A stretch of DNA of 64,000 nt from Felis catus (Eukaryota): assembly GCF_018350175.1 (NCBI RefSeq), contig NC_058368.1, positions 89,592,001-89,656,000 of the forward strand. The letters are read 5' to 3'. The position numbers and the translations under genes are program-made. The notes under the pieces were generated by a model, which saw only the letters and a list, made by a program, of their open reading frames with translations, was not told where the DNA came from and searched no databases. Positions 49,050 to 64,000 of this stretch are shown here, in pieces. The stretch's first letter is position 1, and every line of letters begins with the position of its first letter.

Positions 49050-51100
49050 GGTGATGTCCTCTCTCACCATTGTTGTTTAACATAGTGTTGGAAGTCCGAA
49101 CATCAGCAATCAGACAACAAAATGAAGTAAAAGGCATGAAATAGGCAAAGAAGAAGTCAAACTTTCACTTTTCACAGACGACATGATACTCTACATGGAA
49201 AACCCAAAAGACTCCTAGAACCGATATATGAATTCAGCAAAGTTGCAGGGTACAAAATCAATGTACAGAAATCAGTTGCATTTTTATACACCAATAATGA
49301 AGCAACAGAAAAGGAAATCAAGGAATTGATCCCATTTACAATTGCACCAAAAACCGTAAAATACCTAGCAATAAACCTAACCAAAGAGGTGAAAAATCTA
49401 TACACCGAAAACTATAGAAAGCTTATGAAGGAAATTGAAGAAGACACAAGGAAATAGCAAAACATTCCATGCTCATGGATTGGAAGAATAAATATTGTTA
49501 AAATGTCAGTACTATCCAAGGCCATCTACACAGTGCAATAACAATCAAAATTACACCAGCATTCTCTCAAAGCTAGAACAAACAATCCTAAAATTTGTAT
49601 GGAACCACAAAAGACCCTGAATAGCTAAAGTAATATTGAAGAAGAAAACCAAAGTGGGAGGTATCACAATCCCAGACTTTAGCCTGTACTACAAAGCTGT
49701 AACCATCAAGACATTATGGTATTGGCACAAAAAACAGACACATAGACCAATGGAATAGAATACAGAACATAGAATTAGACCCACAAATGAATGGCCAACT
49801 AAGTTTTGACAAAACAGGAAAGAGCATCCAATGGAAAAAAGACAGTCTTTTTAGCAAATGGTGCTGGGAGAACATGCAGAAGAATGAAACTAGACCACCT
49901 TCTTACACCATACACAAAAATAAACTCAAAATGGATGACAGACCTAAATTTGAGAAGGAAACCATCAAAACCCTAGAGGAGAAAGCAGGCAAAAACCTCT
50001 TCGACCTCAGCAGCAGCAATTTCTTACCCGACACATCTCTAAATGCAAGGGAATTAAAAGCAAAAAAATGAACTATTGGGACCTCATCAACATAAAAATC
50101 TTCTGCACTACAAAGGAAACAATCAACAAAACTAAAAGACAACCGATGGAAGGGGAAAAGATATTTGCAAATGACATACCGGATAAAGGGCTAGTGTCCA
50201 AAATCCAAAAAAAACTTACCAAACTGAACACCCAAAAAAAACCAAATAATCCAGTGAAGAAATGGGCAGAAGACATGAATAGACACTTTTCCAAAGAAGA
50301 CATCCAGATGGCCAACAGACACATGAAAAGATGCTTAACATCACTCATCATCAGGGAAATACAAATCAAAACCACACTGAGATACCACCTCACACCAGTC
50401 AGAGTGGCTAAAATGAACAAATCAGGAAACTACAGATGCTGGTGAGGATGTGGAGAAATGGGAACCCTCTTGCACTGTTGATGGGAATGCAACTGGTGCA
50501 GCCGCTCTGGAAAACAGTGCGGAGGTTCCTCAAAAAATTAAAAATAGAGCTACCCTATGATCCAGCACTAGCACTACTAGGAATTTACCCAAGGGATACA
50601 GGAGTGCCGATGCATAGGGGCACTTGTACCCCAATGTTTACAGCAGCACTTTCAACAATAGCCAAATGATAGAAAGAGGCTAAATGTCCATCAACTGATG
50701 AATGGATAAAGATGTGGTTTATATATTCAATGGAATACTACTTGGCAATGAGAATGAAATCATGCCATTTGCAGCAATGTGGATGGAACTCGAAGGTATT
50801 ATGTTGAATGAAATAAATCACTCAGAGAAAGACGGATATCGTATGTTTTCACTCATATGTAGATCTTGAGAAACTGAACAGAAGACCATGGGAGAAGGGA
50901 AGGGGAAAAAAATAGAGACAAACAGGGAGGGAGGGAGACAAACCACAAGAAACTATTAAATACAGATAACAAACTGAGAGTGGATGGGAGGTGGTAGGGA
51001 GGAGGAAATGGGTGATGGGCATTGAGGAGGGCACTTGTTGGGATGAGCACTGGGTGTCGTATATAAGCCAATTTGACAATAAATTATATTCATAAAAAAT
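49050..51100 (+). mobile_element. 5'-truncated felid L1 (RT to 3' UTR)
   Basis: ORF2 peptides [10 protein letters not shown] and [18 protein letters not shown]. 3' end AAGCCAATTTGACAATAAA. Confidence 0.95.
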
Positions 51101-51322
51101 AATGTCGCATTGCATATTTCAAAGTCATTAAGAAACTAAGTCTTAAAAGTTCTTACCACAAGAGAAAAATTCCGTAACTATGAATGGTGATAGGTGTTGA
51201 TTAGACTTGCTGTGGTGATTATTTTGCAATATATCCAAATATCCAATCATTATGTTATACACCTGAAATAAAATGTCTGTCCATCATATCTCAATAAAAA
51301 AGAATACATTGGATTAAAAAAA
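51100..51322 (+). mobile_element. Older L1MA-like 3' end, possibly transduced
   Basis: TGTGGTGATTATTTTGCAATATAT...TTATACACCTGAAA...TATCTCAATAAA. Confidence 0.7.
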
Positions 51323-52067
51323 TCAGAACTTAGAGGTAGCAACTTGGTATCATTTTAGACACCTAAGAGCAATATTATCTGGGCCTAAAATTTGATCCCT
51401 GTTTTCAAGGTCAGGCTTTTCTTCACCCTAATCTTTGTTTTCTGCACCTTAACAGATCCTGTAGGCCTTTGTGTCTTTCTTTTCTAATAAGTCTGAGTCT
51501 ATGGGATAAGAGACATGACCTGGCAATGCGAGGTGGAACTCAGAAGTCAGCTCCCTTACAAACACTCTGACTGAAGTTAATACGATTAGTTCGATGGTGC
51601 ACACTTTGGAATACTTAGACTATTTAAAAATTTTTGATGTTCTAATAATTACCCCCACTTCTTTGTTGTTGTTTTTTAAATCTTTTTGCCTGCATTTTAA
51701 TTATTATCACTTAGTGAATGACCCAAGTCCTTTTATTAGACCAAGTAGTTTTTCAAAGTAGTTGTGACAATCTGTACTCCTCTCAGCAAACAGAAGGAAA
51801 TATGATTCTATATAACCTATATCTAAAGGGATGTACATTAATGAGATATACAAACGGTTTCTAAAACCCAGGAATTGGACCTTCATTCTTATGCAAAAAA
51901 ATGTTGACAATATTGACTTTTCAACCTCCCAGTGTTTCATCAGCCTCTTGTGCTTCAACGCCCTTTTTAAAATAAAAAAAGAGGAAAAACTCATGATACT
52001 ACAATATGAATGAAATTATCCTAGGTGTTTAAAGGTAGCCCTCTACTCTGTTAAAGAAATAAATCTT

Positions 52068-52745
52068 GGGGCACCTGGGTGGCTCAGTCAGTTGAGGTCT
52101 GACTTCAGCTCAGGTCAGGATTTCACAGTTTATGGGTTCAAGCCTCACTTCGGGCTCTGTGCGGACAGCTCAGAGCCTGGAGCCTGCCTCAGTTTCTCTC
52201 TCTCTCTCTCTCTCTCTCTCCCCCCACTCATCACCCCCCCTGCTTGCATTCTGTCTCTCTCTGTCTCTCAGAAATAAATAAATTTTTTAAAAAAGTTTTA
52301 AAAGAAAGAAATCTTAATTGTAGACACAATAAAGTAAAACATAATCATATTTCTGTGATCCAACAAATACCATGTTGAATAATTCTTTTCAACCATTAAT
52401 TTTTAAACAGCTTTATTGAGACATAATGGACACACCATAAAATTTACTGATATTAAGATTACACTTCAAGAATTTTTAGTATCTTTACAAAGTATGTAAC
52501 TTTCGCCAAAATCTAAGTTTATAACATTTCTGTTAACCCAAAAAGAAAACTTGTGCCTGTTTGCAATCACTCCCCATTCTTACTCCCAGACCCAGGCAAC
52601 CACTGTCTCTGTAAATTTGCTTTTTCTAGACATTTCATATAAACAAACTCTTACAATATGTGTTCTTTTGTGTTGAGTTTCTTTCACTCAGCAGAATATT
52701 TTTGAGGGCCATCTATGTAGTAACATGTATTAATACTTTATTACT
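52068..52745. mobile_element. CAN-SINE (+, 52068-52300) and old antisense L1M 3' end (about 52400-52745)
   Basis: SINE motifs; AACAGCTTTATTGAGACATAAT. Confidence 0.8.
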
Positions 52746-52749
52746 GGTT

Positions 52750-54590
52750 TTTTGGCTTAAACAGAAACTTATTTGCTCATAATGCTGAGATCAACTTGTC
52801 GGCAGAGTGGATTTCTTCTGAGGCCTCTCTCCTTGGCTTGTAGATGACTGTCTCCTCCCTGTGTGCTCACATGGTCTTTCTTTCTTTTTTTCTTTATTTA
52901 ATTTTTGATTTTTTTCATGTCTATTTATTTTTGAGAGAGAGAGACAGAACGTGAATGAGGGAGGGGCAGAGAGAGGGGACGACACAGAATCCAAAGCAGG
53001 CTCCAGACCCTGAGCTGTCAGCACAAAGTCCAAAGCAGGGCTTGAACTCACAAACCATGAGATCATGACCTTGAGCCAAAGTCAGACACTTAACTGACTG
53101 AGTCACCAGGTGCCCCTCACATGTTGTTTCTTTTGTGTATGTGTGTGTCCTAGCCTCTTCTTCTTATAAGAACAAGTCATGTCAGATTAGAACCCACCCC
53201 AGTGACCTCATTTAACCTTAATTACCACTTTGAAAACTCTATCTCCAAGTACATTCACATTCTGAGGTACTCAGGGCCTCAAAGTGTGAATTGTACAAAG
53301 ACACAATTTAACCCATAGCACTCTATCCTTTGGTTCTCCAAAATTCATGTCCACCCATGCAAAATACATTTGCCTTATCGCAACAACCACAAAAGTCTTA
53401 ACCTATCCCAGCATCAGCTTTAAGTCCAAAATACCACCTGAATAGCATCTAAATCAGGTATGGGTGAGATTAGAGGTATGGTTCATCTTAAGGCAAAATT
53501 CTTCTCTAGTATTGAAACAGTGAAAACAAACAAGTTATCTGTTTACAAAATGCAACGGTAAGACAGACATAAGATAGACATTTTCATTCCCCAAAAAAAA
53601 GAAATTGGAAGGAAGAAGGGTAACAGGTCCTAAGCAAGCCCAAAACCTAGCAGGACAAATTCCATTAGATTTGTAAGTTATTCATATATTTAGTTTATTA
53701 TATCAACATCAGCACTAGAATTCACATCTTTGCTTCTTCAGCCTGCAATACTTCTACAGAACTCATTTATCAACGTGAATATATGCAGCTAATCTCAAGA
53801 TGCTTTTGTGGGAAATTCCACCAGATTTTAAGGCTAGAGAATAATCCTCTTTGGCTTAAATGTTCTGTCCTCCAGACCAGCCAAGGTAGTGGCCCTGGTC
53901 CCTCAGCCCTGAGCTGCAGCCCCAAACCCTCTAGAATGAAGGAGACAGTCTTGCTGCCTGGGCATTTGCCCTCTAAACCCATGGGGGCAGTGGCAGCCCT
54001 GCTGACCTCTGAGCTCCTTTTGGGGTCATTTTTCCGTGTTACTGAAGGATGATGCATGTTCACATGCAGAGAGCTATGCCATTCCATTTCCTGGCTGTGG
54101 AATTCCAGAAGTTTGATGGGCTTTCTTCATTTCATCCCACCTCTGGCCCTCCTCAATCCAAGCTACAGTGCTTCTACTGAGATGGTTGATTGAATCCACA
54201 TGTTCCATACCCACAATCTCTGTAATGGAGGTTGTTCAGCCACACATGGTGTTCTCTATGAGCACAGCTTCTCATTTTTTGCAATATAGATAAACAATTT
54301 TTCGAATCTTCACATTCTGGCTCCTTTTTGCTTGACAATTCCTTTTTCAATGATTTCTCTCCTCTCACATTTCACTATAAGCAGTCAGGAGAATGCAAGC
54401 CATGCTTTCAACATTTTTCTTGGAAATATCCTCAACCAAATATCCAAGTTCAACACTTACAAGTTCTACTTTTCACAACACATGGAAACATAGTTTGGCC
54501 AAGTTCAGGATTGTTCAAGTTCCAGTTTGCAATAACATATTCCTCATATTCATCTGAGATTTCATGAGGAGAACTTTTAAAGTTCGTATT
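52750..54590 (-). mobile_element. MaLR LTR (MLT1-like) plus internal sequence, with a SINE at 52876-53115 (-)
   Basis: TGAGGCCTCTCTCCTTGGCTTGTAGATG and ATTCACATTCTGAGGTACT, followed by MaLR-internal-like AAATTCATGTCC...ATGCAAAATACATT. Confidence 0.75.
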
Positions 54591-54591
54591 T

Positions 54592-55228
54592 CTCCAGAGA
54601 GGGGAGAAGAGCTGGAAATGTAGTTAATAATTTATCATGGCTAGAAAGAAAACTCCATAAAATCCCTATAGTAAGGGTGTGGAGAGCTTTGAGGTCAGTG
54701 AACACAACCATATACCAGGAGGGTGATGTGATCCAACTCTGTGAGGACAGAAGCTTCTGCTCTCAGGACCCTTCCAGATCTTGCCCAATGTATCTCCTTA
54801 CCTGGCAGTTCATCCATGTCCTTTATTATATCCTTTATTATATAATAAACCAGTAAACATAAGCGTTTCACTGAGTTCTGTGAGCTGTTCTAGCAAATAA
54901 ATCAAAGAGGAAGGGGGTGATGGGAACCTCTGATCTATAGCCAACTTGGACAGAAGTTGTGGGTAACCTAGGGACTTACTACTTGCAGTTAGCATCTAAA
55001 GTGGGGGCAGTGTTGTGGGACTGAGCCCTTAACCTGTGGGATCTGACTCTATCTCCAGGTAGATAGTGTCAGAGTGGAATTAAATGGTAGGAAACCCAGC
55101 TTGTGTCAGAATTGCTTGGTGTTGGGAAATCCCACACACATCAGGTGTCAGAAATGTGACTGTGGTAGCCATGTGAGAGTAATGGAGAAACACACAGAAG
55201 GAAGAGTGAGGATTTTTCCTACATACAA
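54592..55228. mobile_element. MER21-like LTR
   Basis: GGACAGAAGCTTCTGCTCTCAGGACCCTTCCAGA and CTGAGTTCTGTGAGCTGTTCTAGCAAAT. Confidence 0.7.
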
Positions 55229-55229
55229 G

Positions 55230-55812
55230 GTTTCAAAGGTTTGCTCTTGTGTTTTTGTTTTTTGTATCTAGAAATTGTGTAGCTTTAGCTCTTACATTTA
55301 GGTATATGATATATTTTAAATTAACTTTTGTGTGTTATGTGAAGTAATTGTCCAAAGTCATCTTTTTGCATGTGGCTATCCAGATGTAGTAGCATTATTT
55401 AGAATTTTTTTAATGCTTATTTATTTTTGAGAGAGAGAGAGACAGAGTGTGAGCAGGCAAGGGGTAGAGAGAGAGGGTGACACAGAATCTGAAGCAATCT
55501 CCAGGCTCGGAACTGTCAGTACAGAGCCCAATTCGGGGCTCGAACTCACGAACCATGAGATCATGTCCTGAGCTGAAGTCGGACACTTAAGTGACTGAGC
55601 CACCCAGATGTCCTGCATTATTTATTGAAAAGACTATCCTTTACCCCCACTGAATTGTGTTGACACCTTTGTTCAAAATCAATTAATCATAAATGTAAGA
55701 GTTTATTTCTGGGCCTCTCAATTCTATTCCACAGGCCTGTATCTCTTTTCTTATGCCACTATCAAACTGTCTGATTACTGTAGCTTTGTAACAAGTTTTA
55801 AACTTGGGAAGT
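55230..55812 (-). mobile_element. Old antisense L1 ORF2 fragment with a SINE at 55404-55613 (-)
   Basis: TTATTGAAAAGACTATCCTTT; SINE TSD GCATTATTTA. Confidence 0.8.
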
Positions 55813-58017
<2,205 letters not shown>

Positions 58018-58019
58018 TC

Positions 58020-60028
58020 TATAGCTTCATCTCTACCTCCCACTTTGTACTATTATTGATATAGATAATATATATGTTCCTTTATATGCTAAAAAGCAAC
58101 AATACAATTTTATAATTATTGTCTTACTCACTTATTTTTAAATAACATAAGAGAAAAAAGAGAAAATATATAATTATACTGTTTTATAATTATCTACATA
58201 ATTGCTTTTATTGATATTTGTTCTTTCTTCATTTACTGTCTGGTGTTGCTTATTTTCACATTGAAAAAAAAAACTTGCTAAACTATTTCTGGTAATGCAG
58301 GTCTGCTAACAGTTAATTTCTTCATTTTTGTTTATCTGGGAATGCCTTTATTTCATCTTCATTTTTGAAAAATATTTTTGCTCAGTATAAGATTCTTAGC
58401 TGAGAGGTTTCATCACACTGAATATATTATCACACACATGTGTCCTCTGTTGTTTCTGAGGAGTTAGCTTTATCTTGTTGCTTTCAAAACTCGCTCACTA
58501 TCTTTAGCTTTCAACAATTTGACGATGAGGGGACCATGTGGATGACTGAATATATCCAACATGGGGTTCATTGAACTTCTTGGATGTATGGATTATTTTT
58601 CATCAAATATTTGGGACATTTTTGGCCAATATTACTTGAGGGTTTTTTTGTTTTGTTTTGTTTTTCTGTCCTTCAATCTTTTTCTTCTTCTGGTACTCCC
58701 ATTATGCTTAGTTGTGTCCCACAAGACTCTGAGGCTCTTTTTCTTTTTCTTCATTGTTTTAACTTTTGTTTTTCAGATTGCATAATCTCTATTCCTCTGT
58801 CTTTAAGGTATTGATTCTTTTTCCTGCCAGCTCAAATCTAGAGCACCTCTAGAAATTTTTCATACCAGTCATTTTATTTTTAATTACAGAATTTTCATCT
58901 GTTTTTTTAATAATCTTTACCTCTTTAATGATAGTCTCCATCTGATGGATTATTGTCATAATTTTCTTTAATTGTTTAAATATGGTTTTCTTTAGTTCTT
59001 TGGACATATTTATACTAACAGCTTTGAAATATGTTTACTAATTTCAACATCGGGGCCCTCTAAAGACAATTTCTATTACCTAACTTTTTTCCTATTATAA
59101 ATCACATGTTCCTGTTTCTTTGTATAGATTTTTTTTGTATAGATTGTATAGATTTTTTTGAATACTGGAAACTGTAAATATCATATTGAAGTAATTCTGA
59201 ATTTTGGTCCCCTAGGGAATGTTGTTTTTACTCTTTTTTGTTTTTTCAGTGACTTTCCTTTAAACTCAGCTTTCCCTGTAGTGTGCAGCCTCTGGTGTGA
59301 CTGCTTAATAGTGTCACACTTAATAGTGAAAGACTAAATGCTATCCTCTATAATCAGAAACAAGGCAAGGATATCTCCTTACACAAGTTATATTCAACAT
59401 TGCATTAAAGGCTCTAGAAAGTATAATAACTCAAGGTAAAGATTTCCATTTAGATTTTAAAAGAAGTAAAACTCTTTATTCGCAGATGACATAATCTTTT
59501 ACGTAGAAATTCCAGTGGAATCTACCAAAAACTACTAGAAATAAGTGACTTTAGCAATGTTGCACCATACCAAATCAATAAACAAAAATTAATTATATTT
59601 CTATGGACTCACAAAGACCGTTGGAATTCAAAATTTAAAAATCAACAAAAATGATAAAACAGATGAAATAAATAAATAAAAAACACTGGAATTGAAATTA
59701 AGAAATCAAGAAACAGACTCTTAACTACAGAGAACAAATTGATGGTTACCAGAGGGGAAGTGGGGGGGGGGGGGCGATAGGTGAAATAGGTGATGGGGAG
59801 TAAGAAATGTGCTTGTTGTGATGAGCACTTAGTGTTGTATGCAAGTGTTGAATCACTGTATTGTACACCTGAAACTAATGTTACACCATAAGTTAACTAA
59901 TTGGAATTTAAATACAAACTTTTAAAAAATTAAATTAAATAAACTTTTTAAACTTGCAAATAAGTCTGATAATAAATACATATGACCCGCACACTGAAAA
60001 CTACAAAACATTGCTAAGAGAAATAAAT

Positions 60029-60075
<47 letters not shown>

Positions 60076-60300
60076 CCTCTCAGTTGATTGACCTGAAGAT
60101 GAAATATTGTTAAGGTATCAATTCTTCCCCAAATGGTCTATAGATCTAATGCAATCTAAATTTAAATTTCAACAGGCTTTTTTTTTTTAATAGAAAATGA
60201 TGACCTGTTTCATATGGAGATGCAAAAGACTTAGGAGAGCCAAAATACATTTCAAAAAGATGAACAAAATTGGAAGACTTGCACTATCTGATTTCAGGAC
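58020..60300. mobile_element. Old L1M fragments (minus to about 59300, plus thereafter), an L1 3' fragment (about 59710-59930) and a (GAAA)n tract (about 60030-60074)
   Basis: Degenerate L1 motifs such as TATTCGCAGATGACATAAT and CTGAAAACTACAAAACATTG. Confidence 0.7.
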
Positions 60301-60524
60301 TTTTTATTTATTTTTTTTCAACGTTTTTTATTTATTTTTGGGACAGAGAGAGACAGAGCATGAACAGGGGAGGGGCAGAAAGAGAGGGAGACACAGAATC
60401 GGAAACAGGCTCCAGGCTCTGAGCCATCAGCCCAGAGCCTGACGCGGGGCTCGAACTCACGGACTGCGAGATCGTGACCTGGCTGAAGTCGGACGCTTAA
60501 CCGACTGCGCCACCCAGGCGCCCC
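60301..60524 (-). mobile_element. Young felid CAN-SINE
   Basis: Near-identical to the copies at 24196, 37581, 39141 and 44233, with most CpGs retained. Confidence 0.95.
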
Positions 60525-61560
60525 AAGTATTTTGCATTTTTTGCAAAGAAATAAGTAAGTCTTAATTCATGAGTAAAAGATTCATTTCGTCATGGGTCTT
60601 CTGTGGTTTTCTTCATATATAAAGGGAAGCTTGGCTTGTTTCACCAGCTGCTTTACAAGGGCTGAGCCCCTATCACTGAAAGGATGCAAGCCAAAGCAGA
60701 GGTCCCATGCAGAGGGTACTGTGCAAGGTCAGAGGACAAGCTACCACCTCTCACGGCCCTTCCAACTTAAAGTTCCCACTGACTAGCCCTGAGAGGTCAT
60801 TCATACATGTGTCTCCAAGAGCTCCTTATACAGGCCTAATGGGTCCTTCTTGCATGAGCAAGTAAGTAGAAAATCCACAGATAATGGAGGTGTGTGGAGA
60901 TCTGGCATACCAGGCAGTGCTCTTCACCTCTGTGGCCCTTCCTGATTGCATGATGCATCCCCAAAGAGATGGCCTCTACTTGGGACCATAGGTGGCAGGG
61001 GCATGTCCAAAGTAGCGACAGAGTAATGCTATGGGGCAAGTCAGTTTCCAATAAGAAAAGTGAAGATGAATATAGTACCTACCTCACAGAGTTGTGGTGA
61101 GGCCAATAGATTACAAAGGAGCAAGGAGCTCCTACTCATTCACCCCTATATCCTGAGATCCTGTCACATAGTAGGAGTGCAAGGTGTCACTACTGAATAA
61201 ATAAGCAAATAAATAAATGCATGGAGTACTTACCATGGGGGCTGGCCAGTCAGCACTCAGTAAAATATAACTGGATTGGTCACCTATCTTAAAGAGGGGT
61301 TTTCTTCTCTAGGCACAAGCACCCAAGCACCGGTGGAAAGGGGAAAGATGGACCCTCTTGACTCACATTGTCTACACAGCTCTTCTTCAAAGTAGTGCAG
61401 CTCGTCTCTCCCTAAGTATGCTCTTCTCCATAGGTATAAATTATGTGAATTTGAAATTGCATGCTAAAAATCATTCATAAGTCCTCTCTTTGTGCACTGT
61501 TTTTAAAAATAATGTGAATCCTTCTAAATTAAAAAAAATATTGGGGCAGTGATTTTTTTC

Positions 61561-62130
61561 TTATGTTTCTGTATTTTTTTTATGTTTCTGGACTTTTTTG
61601 GTTAAGTTTTTATTTAAATTCCAGTTAGCTATCACACGGTGTAATATTAGTTTCAGGAGTACAATGTAGTGATTCAACACTTCCATACATTATCCTGTGT
61701 TCGTCATAATTGCATTCCTTAAATTCCACATATGAGTGAAATCATAAGGTATTTGTCTTTCTATGACTGACTTATTTCACTTAGCATAATACGTTCTGCA
61801 TGTCATTGTGAATGGCAGTGATTTTTTTCATTTTTAATATTTATTTATTTTAATATAACTTATTGTCAAATTGGCCAGCATACAGTGTGTAAAGTGTGCT
61901 TTTGGTTTCTGGGGTAGATTCCCGTGGTTCATTGCTTACATACAACACCCAGTGCTCATCCCAAGTGCCCTCCTCAATGCCCATCACCCATTTTCCCCTC
62001 TCCCCCACCCCCCCATCAACCCTCAGTTTGTTCTCTGTATTTAAGAGTCTCTTATGGTTTGCCTCCCTCTCTATAACTATTTTTTACCCCTTCCTTTCCC
62101 CTGTGGTCTTCTGTTGAGTTTCTCAAGATC
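61561..62130 (-). mobile_element. Two tandem short L1 3' fragments
   Basis: Two different L1 3' UTR types, separated and flanked by copies of CAGTGATTTTT. Confidence 0.85.
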
Positions 62131-62296
62131 CAGTGATTTTTATAGGTAAGCAGTTTTAGGTTCATGGCCACACAGCACAATATAGCCACACGGTGGCACC
62201 CTTTAGGAAGTAACCAAATTTTTGCTGCAGTTGCTTAGGATCTTGAAACCCAGGCTGCAATATCCCCACATCTCACCTGCAAGTGGTCTCTGACTA

Positions 62297-62381
62297 TGCT
62301 TGCTTGCTTGCTTGCTTTCTCCCTCTCTCTCCCTCCCTTTCTTTTCTTTCTTTCCTTCCTTCCTTCTTCCTTCCTTTTCCC

Positions 62382-62425
<44 letters not shown>

Positions 62426-62444
62426 TTTCTTTTTCTTTCTTTCT
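62297..62444 (+). repeat. Compound (GCTT)/(CCTT)/(CTTT)n microsatellite
   Basis: Direct reading. Confidence 0.9.
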
Positions 62445-64000
62445 ACAATGTGACTATACTATTTTAAAATTCTTATCATACTGTAAGCTGTGTTTCCCAG
62501 AAGTACCACAGTAGTGTACCACATTCATTAGGTGGCAACATTAGTGCCAGAGCTGAGAAACACAAATAAGAATCAGTGCTTGAAATTACATGTGCTACAA
62601 TGTTATGAAGCCAATGAAACTTCTACTACAGTATGACATGCTATAATGCCAGAGAGTCTGTGAGGTAAAAGAGACAATGTGGAGAAGAGAAAATACAGAA
62701 AAATTAACCTTGATAAATATATGGTTTCAACTATGCAGGGCCTTTAGAAAACTGGAACCATTCAAAAAGACTGTGTTCCTAAGTTGCCCTCCACCAGAGA
62801 CAGATGGAAGAAATCAAATCCTGTTCTCCACAATAGCCCATTAGGTATTTGAGTACCAGTACTATCCCCATGTAGGCCAATCTCAGGGGTAAACGAAATC
62901 ACAATTGTGCCCTGTGCAGTGGGAGGGAATGAGGATGAGCAGGTAGGGTGGCCTGTAGGGTGGGGTCAGGGCTGCTGGTATGTGTAGGGGGAGGGGCTCC
63001 ACCTGGGCATCTTCCTCTTCCTCCATTCAGGTGGGCCCTGAAGAGTGGAACAGCAGCACCCTGACCATGAGGCAGTGTCTCAATTGGCAGGTCCTGAGAT
63101 CTATTCATCCTTCCCACCTGTGTCCCCATCTGCCTTCCTTTCTCTCACTTAAAGGGACAATGTTTGCTCTGTCATTTGTACTTTTTTTCAGTTAATCATA
63201 TCTCAAGGGCATCTCCCCAAGTTAGTGCATATAAAGCAAGCACCACCTTTTAATGGCTATCTGGGATTTCATGATGTGAAGCTAAATTAACTTACTTAAC
63301 CAAATCCCTTCTTGAGCTTTTCTCTGTCTCACAAATGCGGAAGTTTTGACATGGACACATTGTAACTCAGAGGCACATAAACGCATGGCTCTTTATCCAT
63401 AATTGAATGAAGTTACTACTGGACAACATCCTCTGTTTCCACAGATTCTGTAAACACACTTGTGCCTACATGTCCCTTTAGTCATTTCTGAATTGAATCT
63501 CAGTTCCTCTCAAGCTAACTCAGGCTCCTTTGGGTAAATGCTTGGCATGTCAAGGTTCCCCCAATTCTCCATCAGCTCCCCTCATCCCTGAGGGTGATCT
63601 AAGTTTGGGGAGGTTATAGAGGCTCCCCAGAGTTCACTCTCCACTCTTCAACAGCTCTGGGCAGAGTTAGGGTCTCCCCTGTATGTAATCACTGCCATGC
63701 AGCTGGCTGGCCTGGTGCCATTACCTCCTGTCGTGACCCTGGCTCCTCCAGGCCACACCTGCTACAGGGTCTTATAGAAACCAATTCCAGGACCTCTCTT
63801 CAACATTCCTGGCATGCACTGCATGGGGCCTTCCCTGGAGGATGCCTTGGGCCTGTCACTCGGGGCATCTCCCTCAGCCTTTTCTTGTCTACTCTCCACA
63901 GGACCAACAGCAGTGTGCTGGACAAGGGCTTATCTTTGGTGCTCATGTTATTTCCAGGCAACCTCCAGAATATGGCACTGCCTCTGTGCCCTGAAGTAGC

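Overview
This is mammalian genomic DNA from a cat-family (Felidae) genome, judged from about 28 tRNA-derived CAN-SINEs, several of the young felid type. It is not prokaryotic: there are no operons, CRISPR arrays or rRNA/tRNA genes. Most of 8-13 kb and 20-62 kb consists of nested LINE-1 fragments, SINEs and old LTR (ERVL/MaLR) remnants, and most long ORFs in the supplied track are L1 ORF1/ORF2 debris or SINE read-throughs. Only one convincing host coding sequence is present: an intronless POM121-derived retrogene on the minus strand (ATG 47881, stop 46661, 406 aa). Its transmembrane-coding 5' part and its 3' part can still be seen as frameshifted remnants on either side of the open central ORF. 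Non-coding functional candidates are a housekeeping-type CpG-island promoter at about 3.0-4.9 kb (probably the 5' end of a minus-strand gene running off the left edge, which I cannot name), a second small CpG-rich promoter-like element at about 17.3-18.1 kb, and several CTCF-like motifs. Other points of interest are retrotransposition fossils: 3' transductions, a probable SINE-L1 chimera, repeated use of one target site, and multi-layer nesting. Repeat family names, repeat boundaries and the POM121 comparison are by eye and from memory of the consensus sequences, so they are approximate.
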